Assembly: GCA_043751875.1 (NCBI GenBank)
Contig: JAYUZL010000234.1
Coordinates: forward strand, 195 to 64,194
From: Ferruginibacter sp.
GTDB taxonomy: Bacteria; Bacteroidota; Bacteroidia; Chitinophagales; Chitinophagaceae
DNA length: 64,000 bases
Direction of reading: 5' to 3'
In this document: positions 39,749 to 48,242 of the stretch, one piece after another
How positions within the stretch are numbered: position 1 is the stretch's first letter
Layout of the letters: the number at the start of each line of letters is the position of its first letter
Position numbers and translations under genes: made by a program
Notes under the pieces: generated by a model
The model's input: the letters and a program-made list of their open reading frames with translations, nothing else
The model's database searches: none
What the model was told of the DNA's origin: nothing

Positions 39749-41803
39749 ATGGATAAAATATTTTTGACGGCATTGCTTTGCAGCTTTTTATTTGCCTGCA
39801 ATACCAAAACAGCCAACAATACCCAAACAGAAAACAACAGCACCGTACGAAGTAAGCCCGATATACTTGCTGCAAACATTGACAGCACCGTAAAACCAGG
39901 TGACGATTTTTTTATGTACGCCAATGGCGGATGGATTAAACGAACACCAATACCCGATGCAGAGAGCGGGTGGGGAATTGGCAATATGGTGCAGGATGAT
40001 ATATACAATAAGTTGAAAAAAATAAATGAAGATGCCGTTAATGCAAAGGCAGCCAAGGGAACAATTACTCAAAAGATTGGCGATTTTTGGATGAGCGGAA
40101 TGGACTCTGCCTCAATTGAAACTGCAGGCCTCTCACCACTCGCAGACGATATAAAAAAGATTGACGAAATTGTTACAGCTGCTGATGTACTGGCTGTTGG
40201 GGCTGGGTTTCAAAATAAAGGTATCGGTTGTTTGTTTAGCACATCCATTTCGCAAGATGATAAGAACAGCGAAGTAATGGCTGTAAAATTTGATCAGGGT
40301 GGGCTGGGCTTACCTAACCGTGATTATTATTTTAATACCGATGAAAGAACATTGAAAGTAAGAGCTGCCTATAAAAATTACATGCTGAAAACTTTTACGC
40401 AGATAGACAGTACTACTGCTGCGAAAAATGCAGAAGAAGTTTTTACGCTGGAAACTAAACTTGCAAAAGCAAGCAGAAAATTGGCCGACCTGCGTGACCC
40501 ATATAAAAATTATAATAAAATGAACCGAACAGGGCTTGGTAAAATTTCACCTGCCGTAAATTGGAATACTTATGCAAAATTATCGGGTACAGATAAAGTA
40601 GATTCTATTATTGTAGGGCAACCTGAATTTTATGCAGCATTTAGCAACGAACTAAAAGCTACGCCCATCAAAGTGTGGAAAAATTATTTAAAACTAAGAC
40701 TTGTTTTTTCATCAGCAGCATACTTAGATTCGAAAACTTTTAATAACCGTTTTGAATACAGTAAAAATTTATCAGGCGCTACCAAACCAAAAGACAGATG
40801 GAAGCGTGTATTAGATGCAGAAGAAAGTGCCATTGGCGAAGCTTTGGGTCAGCTTTTTGTAAAAGAATATTTTAGTGAAACTGCTAAAAAAAGATATAAT
40901 GGTATTGTGGAAAATATTCGCGGTGCATACAAAGAACGCATTGCCAAACTTACCTGGATGAGTGACAGCACCAAAACAAAAGCCTACGAAAAATTAGCAG
41001 CCATCACTAAAAAAGTAGGTTATCCAGATAAATGGAAAGACTTTAGCAGCCTTGCTATAGAAGCCGGGCCTTGGGTATTTAATGTACAGCGTGCAGCAGC
41101 ATGGTGGCATAATTATATGATAAACAAACTTGGCAAACCTGTTGACAGAACAGAATGGGGAATGACACCGCAAACTTACAATGCGTACTACAATCCAAGT
41201 AACAATGAAATTGTATTGCCTGCCGGCATTTTTGCTGTGCCGGGCTATAGAGATGATGAGCTGGACGATGCACTTGTATACGGCTATGCAGCTGCATCTA
41301 CGGTTGGGCATGAAATTACGCATGGTTTTGATGACCAGGGCAGACAGTATGATGAGAAAGGAAATTTAAAAAACTGGTGGAACAAAAAAGATGGTGAAGC
41401 GTTTTCTAAGAGAGCAAAATTTATCATAAACCAGTTTAATGAATTTAGTCCGGTAGATACATTGCATATAAATGGCAGTGCTACACAAGGAGAAAACATT
41501 GCTGATCTTGGTGGTGTTTTGTTAGGGCTGGATGCTTTTAAAAAGACAGACGCATATAAAAAGAATGAAAAAATATCAGGGCTCACACAGATTCAGCGTT
41601 ACTTTTTAGGTTATGCTTTGGGTTGGTTATACACTGAGCGCAAAGAAAGGCTTGCCAACCTTGTAATGACCGATGTGCACTCACCTTCGAAGGAAAGAGT
41701 GAACGGGCCATTTGTAAACATTCCTGAATTTTATGAAGCGTTCGACATTAAACCCGGTGATAAAATGTACAGACCTGATAGCTTAAGGGTAAACATCTGG
41801 TAA
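39749..41803 (+). CDS. M13 family metallopeptidase (PepO/neprilysin-like) lipoprotein
   Basis: Lipobox LFAC after ATG 39749; PGDDFFMYANG, NAYY, GHEITHGFD, GENIAD. Confidence 0.94.
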   Translation: MDKIFLTALLCSFLFACNTKTANNTQTENNSTVRSKPDILAANIDSTVKPGDDFFMYANGGWIKRTPIPDAESGWGIGNMVQDDIYNKLKKINEDAVNAKAAKGTITQKIGDFWMSGMDSASIETAGLSPLADDIKKIDEIVTAADVLAVGAGFQNKGIGCLFSTSISQDDKNSEVMAVKFDQGGLGLPNRDYYFNTDERTLKVRAAYKNYMLKTFTQIDSTTAAKNAEEVFTLETKLAKASRKLADLRDPYKNYNKMNRTGLGKISPAVNWNTYAKLSGTDKVDSIIVGQPEFYAAFSNELKATPIKVWKNYLKLRLVFSSAAYLDSKTFNNRFEYSKNLSGATKPKDRWKRVLDAEESAIGEALGQLFVKEYFSETAKKRYNGIVENIRGAYKERIAKLTWMSDSTKTKAYEKLAAITKKVGYPDKWKDFSSLAIEAGPWVFNVQRAAAWWHNYMINKLGKPVDRTEWGMTPQTYNAYYNPSNNEIVLPAGIFAVPGYRDDELDDALVYGYAAASTVGHEITHGFDDQGRQYDEKGNLKNWWNKKDGEAFSKRAKFIINQFNEFSPVDTLHINGSATQGENIADLGGVLLGLDAFKKTDAYKKNEKISGLTQIQRYFLGYALGWLYTERKERLANLVMTDVHSPSKERVNGPFVNIPEFYEAFDIKPGDKMYRPDSLRVNIW

Positions 41804-41833
41804 ATAAAAAGATAGCTTCTTATAAACTGTGTA

Positions 41834-41879
41834 AGTCATTAAAAGTTGGGGGTGTCCCCAACTTTTAATGACTTTTTTT
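41834..41879 (+). terminator. Perfect 18-bp hairpin plus T tract at the IS left end
   Basis: AGTCATTAAAAGTTGGGG-GTGT-CCCCAACTTTTAATGACT-TTTTTT. Confidence 0.75.
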
Positions 41880-41902
41880 GATTTTAAAAACACGGTTAAA
41901 TT

Positions 41903-43100
41903 ATGGACAAAGAACAAATGTTATTCAATGCTTTTTTAAAGCAGTTTAAAACAGGGGACGTGTTAAGCAACTTCCTGGCACAACTACAAAAGCTTGATAT
42001 TGAGAAAATGCTTAAGGGTGAGGTAGATGCTAATCTAGGTTATGATGAGTATCAAAAGATCACTGCTTCTAATACCAGAAATGGATTTTCCAGCAAACGT
42101 GTAAAAACCTCCTTTTGGGGAATCAGAAATTCAGGTTTCACGAGACAGAGATGCTTCTTTTAATCCTATGATCATACCCAATCGACAAAGCGTTGTTGAT
42201 GGGTTAGAAAACGTAATTATATCGCTATATGCCAAAGTAATGAGTGCAAGCGATATTGAAAACAGATAAGAGAAGTGTATCATTTTGACGTATCCAATTG
42301 CATCATATCCCGTATTACAGAAACAGTATCCAACGATATTTTTGCATCGTAAAACAGACCATTGGATCCGGTTTACCTATTTGTATGGATGTATGGTATT
42401 GTTTTAAAAGTTAGAGAGAATTCAAAGGTCATTAACAAAACTATCTACCTTGCTGTAGGACTCAATAGTGACGTGAAAAAATAGGTATAGGACATATGGA
42501 TTGGCAAAAATGAAAGTGCTGCATTTTGGCTTGGTGTATTAACCGATTTAAAAGCCAGAGGAATGGAAGGTATAATCATCACCGCTAATGATAATCTCAA
42601 TGGATTTACGCAAACAATTAAAATGTTTTCCCACAAACAGAAATACAAATTTGTGTTATGCATCAAAATCGAAACTCACCTCGTTATGTGGTTTGAAAAG
42701 ATAAAAAGGCCTTCTCTAAAAACATGAAATTTATTTATGATGCTCCAACAAAACAAGCTGCAAAAGCAGCTTTGCAAGACTTTAAAAACAATTGGAATCA
42801 TAAACATCCCCTCCCCATAAAATCGGGGGAAGAAAACCGGGAAGAGCTTAATGTATTTTTTGAGTTCCCTTTAGAAATCAGAAAAGTTATTTATACAACC
42901 AATTTAATTGAAAATCTGAATGGAAAAATTAGGAAGTACACTAAAAACAAATTGTCTTTCCCTAATGATTAGGCAGTCCTGAAAACGCTATACTAAACCT
43001 TAAGAGAGGCAACTAAAAATTGGACTGTGCCGACTCATAATTGGGATATAATACAAAATCAGTTTTTAACTATATTTTAAAAAAAAGGGTTCAACTTTGA
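41903..43100 (+). pseudogene. IS256 transposase pseudogene
   Basis: [58 protein letters not shown]; many frameshifts and stops. Confidence 0.9.
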
Positions 43101-43165
43101 TAAAAAAATTGAACCCAACTATTTTTTACTTATACACTTTTTGGGATGCTGTCTATAATAAGTTT

Positions 43166-43669
43166 TTAAGGCTTCTTTTTCATATTATCTGCTCCCTCTT
43201 TCATTTTATTGCCGGCACGGTCTAATAATTTTGCTGCACCTTCTTTTAAATTTACAGCACCTTCTTTTAGTTTGTCAGCACCCTGTTGAATTTTATCGCC
43301 TGCACGACCAATTGTCTGTAAAATATTGCCTTCTTTATCTATCATACTACCGTTTCCATGTATTACAGCTCCTTCTGTAAGCATTACAGTTGTGCCATCT
43401 TTCATTCTTACTTCGCCGTTTGTCATTACGATTGTGCCATTGTTAAGTGTTACAGACTGCGTCATAACTTCGGGAATACCTCCTTTTACGATCATCATTT
43501 TACCATCTTTCATCATCATATCCCCTTCTATTGACTGAGTACTATTTTTTCCAGCATTATTTGCCATTGAAGATGAATCTTTGGTTATTGTGGTGGTAGA
43601 CGTTGTATTTTGATCATTACAAGCGGTAAAAATTGATGCTACTGCTGCAACCATAAATATTTTTTTCAT
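43166..43669 (-). CDS. Lipoprotein with DUF6799-like Met-rich domain and amphipathic repeat tail
   Basis: Lipobox FTAC; MMMKDGKMM...L.NGTIVMTNGEVRMKDG; (L/M)KEGA repeats. Confidence 0.65.
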   Translation of the reverse strand: MKKIFMVAAVASIFTACNDQNTTSTTTITKDSSSMANNAGKNSTQSIEGDMMMKDGKMMIVKGGIPEVMTQSVTLNNGTIVMTNGEVRMKDGTTVMLTEGAVIHGNGSMIDKEGNILQTIGRAGDKIQQGADKLKEGAVNLKEGAAKLLDRAGNKMKEGADNMKKKP

Positions 43670-43785
43670 GTTTAATTTTTTAATTGTTTTAGAATGTTTA
43701 GCAATAACAATGCTAAAAAAAACATCTTACAGAAATTTAATTGTAGTCATGTAACCAAGACAATTTCCAAAGATGTAAAGAACAT

Positions 43786-45096
43786 TTATTTCTTTCTAAA
43801 AAATAACCTGACAGGAACTCCCGTAAAATCGAAGTTTTCTCTTAATTTATTTTCGAGATAACCTTGATATGGAGCTTTTACATCATCAGGATAATTGCAG
43901 AAAAAAGCAAATGTTGGTGCAAAGGTTGGAAGTTGGGTCACATATTTTATTTTAACAGCATTACCACGAACAACCGGTGGATGGAATTGCTCAATTGCTT
44001 TTAACATTACTTCATTCAATTTGCTGGTTGCAACTTTACGTTGTCTGTTTTCAAAAACCATTAAGGCAGCTTCAATACTTTTTAGCAAACGTTGTTTTTC
44101 AGTAACAGAAATAAATAGAATTGGTACATCAGAAAATGGTGCTAGACGCTGCTTTAGATCTTTTTCATAATCTCTTGCCGTATTGGTTTCTTTTTCGACG
44201 AGATCCCATTTATTTACAAGCACAACAATACCCTTTCCCTTTTTTACAGCCATAGAAAATATAGAAAGATCCTGTGCTGTGATTCCCTTTTCAGCATCAA
44301 TCATTATTAAACAAACATTGGCTTCGTCCATTGCTTTAATTGCACGTATAACAGAATAAAATTCAATGTCTTCATTCACTTTGTTTTTACGGCGAATACC
44401 GGCCGTATCTATCAACACAAATTCTTTGTTGAACATGTTATAATGTGTGTGAATAGTATCTCTGGTAGTACCTGCTACGTCACTCACGATGGTACGCTCC
44501 TGCCCTATCAGCGCATTAAGCAAACTGGATTTACCAACATTTGGCTGACCAATAATGGCAAATTTTGGTATTTCATTTTCATCCACTACAGAATCACTTT
44601 CATCAGGCATTAAAGCTACTATAGCATCGAGCAATTCACCTGTGCCGCTTCCACTTATGGATGATAAGAAAAATATATGTTCAAAACCAAGGCTGTAAAA
44701 TTCACTTGCCTCCATCATTCTTGTATGGTTGTCAACTTTGTTTACAACAAGAAAAACCGGCTTTGTACTTCGGCGTAAAAGATCTGCCATGCTTTCGTCT
44801 AAATTAGTAATACCTGCTGCAGCGTCTACCATAAAAATAATCACATTTGCTTCGTCTATTGCAATGTGAACCTGCTTGCGTATTTCTCTTTCAAAAACAT
44901 CATCACTGCCCACAACAAAACCACCGGTATCAATTACATTAAAACTACGACCTGTCCATTCAGCCACGCCGTACTGCCTGTCTCGTGTTACACCACTCAC
45001 ATCATCTACAATGGCTTTTCGCTCTTCGAGCATGCGGTTAAAAAAAGTACTTTTGCCTACATTCGGGCGACCTGTTATTGCTACTGTGAAAGACAT
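43786..45096 (-). CDS. der: Ribosome biogenesis GTPase Der (EngA)
   Basis: Two G domains: GRPNVGKS/DTGG/NKVD and GQPNVGKS/DTAG/NKWD. Confidence 0.97.
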   Translation of the reverse strand: MSFTVAITGRPNVGKSTFFNRMLEERKAIVDDVSGVTRDRQYGVAEWTGRSFNVIDTGGFVVGSDDVFEREIRKQVHIAIDEANVIIFMVDAAAGITNLDESMADLLRRSTKPVFLVVNKVDNHTRMMEASEFYSLGFEHIFFLSSISGSGTGELLDAIVALMPDESDSVVDENEIPKFAIIGQPNVGKSSLLNALIGQERTIVSDVAGTTRDTIHTHYNMFNKEFVLIDTAGIRRKNKVNEDIEFYSVIRAIKAMDEANVCLIMIDAEKGITAQDLSIFSMAVKKGKGIVVLVNKWDLVEKETNTARDYEKDLKQRLAPFSDVPILFISVTEKQRLLKSIEAALMVFENRQRKVATSKLNEVMLKAIEQFHPPVVRGNAVKIKYVTQLPTFAPTFAFFCNYPDDVKAPYQGYLENKLRENFDFTGVPVRLFFRKK

Positions 45097-45100
45097 AATT

Positions 45101-45225
45101 AATTACGATTTTTTGAATCACGAATTACGAATTCGCAATCATATAAAACTTGTTTATTTTTATTTGATTAGAAATTACGTTTTGTTAGAATGATTTACGT
45201 CATTCAAAATTCGTAATTCGTAATT
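45101..45225. repeat. Inverted heptamer repeats AATTACG / CGTAATT between era and der
   Basis: AATTACG 45101, AATCACG 45116, AATTACG 45123 versus CGTAATT 45212 and 45219. Confidence 0.6.
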
Positions 45226-45228
45226 TTT

Positions 45229-46098
45229 TTAATAGCCATACTCCTTTAAATACAATTCATTGTCCCTCCATTTAGGTCGGACTTTTACATACAACTCTAA
45301 AAATACTTTGTTATCAATAAATGCTTCAATATCAAGCCTCGCAGCCGTACCCAATTTTTTAATCATGCTTCCTCCTTCACCAAGGATAATTCCTTTCTGG
45401 GTTTCACGCTGCACAATTATTTCGGCCCGAATTTTTGTAAGGGTCGTCTTCTCCTTGTATTCCTGTATAACCACGGCCGTGTGATAAGGCAGTTCTTCGT
45501 GGTACATTTCAAATATTTTTTCACGTATCAATTCGCCTACAAAAAACTTTACCGGCATGTCACTTAGATCATCTCCTTCGTAAAATGGATGTCCTTCGGG
45601 TAAATAAGAGAGCACTCTTTGCAACAATTCTTCTATTCCGTATTTCTTAAGTGCAGATATTAACACTACTTCTTTACAATATGGTTGTTCAGCAAAAAAG
45701 GTTTTTAGGGCTTCCAATTTTGCAGGATCTCTTACCGAATCCGTTTTGTTTAAAACAACAATAACCGGTGCTTTTAATTTTAATTTCTGAAAAATATCGT
45801 GGCTCTCAGCGGGGTCTTCTCCTGCATCTGCAATGAGTAAAGCAACATCTGCATCTTCCAGACTTCCTTTTACAGCCAACATCATTTTTTCGTGCAGTTT
45901 GTATTTAGGATCAATAATTCCGGGTGTATCTGAAAAAATAATCTGATAATTATCTGTTGTTAAAATTGCTTTTATACGATGCCTTGTTGTTTGAACTTTG
46001 TGTGAAACGATAGCCATTTTTTCACCCATAAATGCATTGAGCAAAGTACTTTTACCTGCATTGGGTTTGCCAAAAATATTTACAAAACCTGCTTTCAT
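45229..46098 (-). CDS. era: GTPase Era
   Basis: GKPNAGKS, QTTR, DTPG, NKTD, KH domain (E.PY, GIILGEGG). Confidence 0.97.
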   Translation of the reverse strand: MKAGFVNIFGKPNAGKSTLLNAFMGEKMAIVSHKVQTTRHRIKAILTTDNYQIIFSDTPGIIDPKYKLHEKMMLAVKGSLEDADVALLIADAGEDPAESHDIFQKLKLKAPVIVVLNKTDSVRDPAKLEALKTFFAEQPYCKEVVLISALKKYGIEELLQRVLSYLPEGHPFYEGDDLSDMPVKFFVGELIREKIFEMYHEELPYHTAVVIQEYKEKTTLTKIRAEIIVQRETQKGIILGEGGSMIKKLGTAARLDIEAFIDNKVFLELYVKVRPKWRDNELYLKEYGY

Positions 46099-46188
46099 TT
46101 ATTATGGTATTTAAATTATTGACTACCACAAACAAGCAAATGAGATGGAGGAGGTAATCATGTTTAAAAAGATAACATCTTGATAAAC

Positions 46189-46222
46189 AAAAAATCCTCA
46201 AATCAAAATGAAATGAGGATTT
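46189..46222 (-). terminator. Terminator downstream of the tRNA
   Basis: AAATCCTCA / TGAGGATTT hairpin with a minus-strand U tract. Confidence 0.6.
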
Positions 46223-46230
46223 GATATTAG

Positions 46231-46302
<72 letters not shown>

Positions 46303-46305
46303 CTT

Positions 46306-46313
46306 CAAAGGTA
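46306..46313 (-). promoter_or_regulatory. -7 promoter box TACCTTTG of the tRNA
   Basis: TAnnTTTG ending 3 nt before the tRNA 5' end. Confidence 0.65.
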
Positions 46314-46421
46314 GGGAGTTTGACTTCACCATCCTAATAAAATAAGTATTTAGCTTTCATTTTATTTATAAAATATTAAAATATTTTTCCAATAAAATAA
46401 CAGAAGATATTTACTTTTACT

Positions 46422-47189
46422 ATGCAAAAAACAATCAATTAAACCTTTACGATTGCTTTATTTAAATTCATTTTTTTGCATGTAAGCATGCAAATCAAAC
46501 ATTAAGCAACAAAAAGATAATTTTTACAGCAATTAATTGCAGCGACAAATAGATCTTACAGTTATAACCACAGCAATACCTGATAAAAAAGAAGATATTT
46601 ATCTTCCTCTTTTTAATGGCAGTAAATGGCTAGACAAAACCAGCGCAAAAGAAATTATAGACAGCTTATAAAAAAAGAAACAAATTCAACCCCTAATGCC
46701 TGTTGGTTTTAGTGGGCTCAAAAAAGAATACGGATTGCAGGAAATTGATGGAGCAGAAGCCAAACAATATAAAAAATTTAATGAATTTGTTGTAAATGAA
46801 TTATATCCTTTTATAAAAAAGAAGGCGACCATCAGAAAGTTTAAAACTGTAAGCATCTGTGGCTTTGGTTCATCAGCTTTAAGCGCATTTGATATTGCAT
46901 GGAACAGGATGAAAAAATTGGAATGCAAGGAATGTTTCAAACAGACTTTCAGCTTTCATCTTTATACAATGACAGCGTAGTAATTGCAACAATAGATAAA
47001 TTAAGAAAAAGACCGAAATTAAAAATCTGGATGTCTGCTAATGCAACTGACACTTCAGCTAAACAATTTAAAAAAATTATGGATACAACCAAAAGTATTA
47101 AACGATGTACATTAGTTACAAATCCTGAAAATGAAAGTACAAGTGCGGAAGATTTCGCAGCTTTTTTATTGTGGGCTTATCAAAGATGA
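46422..47189 (+). pseudogene. Putative esterase (alpha/beta hydrolase-like) lipoprotein pseudogene
   Basis: *ACKS...YSN*LQRQIDLT...LFNG...IQPL..VG...FVVNELYPFIK...GFGSSALSAFDIAWN, then a frameshift into 46899-47189. Confidence 0.65.
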
Positions 47190-47193
47190 TAAA

Positions 47194-47907
47194 TTACTCT
47201 ACTCTTGCCACAATGCTTGCTCCACTGATTTGTTTTAATTTTAGCTCAGCAGTACCCCTATAAAAAACATTACTTGCGCCACTTGCATTTGCAGCCAACT
47301 CTTTAGTAACAATAATATTTACATCGCTTGCGCCTGAAGCTTTTACATTACAGTTTTCAGCAGTAAGATCATAAGCTTTTACATCACTTGCGCCACTGCT
47401 TTCTATATTGATATTTTTTACAGTGCCTGAAATCTTAGCTTCACTTGCACCGCTTAATTTTATGTTCAACTCTTCCGTTTTTATTTGCCCTCTTAGTTGG
47501 CTTGCACCGCTTAATTGTATATTGAGCAACGGCAACTCCATCACCCCTGCAACAACAATATCTGAAGCACCGGATGCCTTCAGTTGTTCAAGATTTTTAT
47601 ACCCTATATATACATTCATTTTAAAATTATTACCGAAACGTATCCTGTCTCCCGCATAATAAATATGCAATTCACCATTACTAATTTCCGTTTTTACACC
47701 ATCTTTATATCTCTCTTCGGAGACACTCACAGCAAGCACTTCAGCTTCAGCATAACTAAGATAAACATGAATGCCTGATGAGACTTTTATACAGGAAAAA
47801 CTCCCTGTAATTTCTCTTACTACAGCATAAGGATCTACAACAAACTGTTCTTGTGCCCGGGCATTAAACCCAACTAAAAGAATAAATATTACTTTAAGAT
47901 ATTTCAT
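47194..47907 (-). CDS. DUF2807 / head GIN-domain secreted protein
   Basis: Signal peptide; repeated (A/L)SGAS beta-helix motif. Confidence 0.88.
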   Translation of the reverse strand: MKYLKVIFILLVGFNARAQEQFVVDPYAVVREITGSFSCIKVSSGIHVYLSYAEAEVLAVSVSEERYKDGVKTEISNGELHIYYAGDRIRFGNNFKMNVYIGYKNLEQLKASGASDIVVAGVMELPLLNIQLSGASQLRGQIKTEELNIKLSGASEAKISGTVKNINIESSGASDVKAYDLTAENCNVKASGASDVNIIVTKELAANASGASNVFYRGTAELKLKQISGASIVARVE

Positions 47908-48103
47908 AATTACTTAATACTTTTTCAAATATTTACGATGCAATATTTTGAAAAAAATTATATTTTTTTGACTGTACCGCCACTGTCAGGATTTATTGTC
48001 TTTACTGCAACTATACGTTTGTGACAGAACATTTGTTACAAATAAAATATTTTTTTACTTTTTGTCTGCTAAATTTGGATTCAATTTTATTATTACCGAC
48101 TGA

Positions 48104-48183
48104 ATTTCCGGGGTGCTTCAACATATTTGAGGCTGAGATAATACCCGTATCACCTGCTCAGGATAATGCCTGCGAAGGAAGTA
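48104..48183 (+). promoter_or_regulatory. TPP riboswitch
   Basis: TTCC-GGGGTGC...GCTGAGA...ACCCGTATCACCTG(C)TCAGGATAATGCCTGCGAAGGAA upstream of a TonB receptor. Confidence 0.92.
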
Positions 48184-48242
48184 TGAATTTTTTAACGTAC
48201 CAGCATTACCCTGCCCCGGAATGTTCAGCACAAATTTATTTT

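Larger units (their letters stand above)
41811..43153 (+). mobile_element. Degenerate IS256-family insertion sequence (1343 bp)
   Basis: 26-bp imperfect terminal inverted repeats, 41811-41836 GATAGCTTCTTATAAACTGTGTAAGT versus 43128-43153 (19/26 match); no clear target duplication. Confidence 0.85.

Noticed and set aside
48021-48242. N-terminal extension of the TonB receptor ORF (also the long starts at 7214, 27926, 39641, 53494 and 59799)
   Set aside because: It runs through the riboswitch. Downstream ATGs give proper signal peptides or family-typical N-termini.
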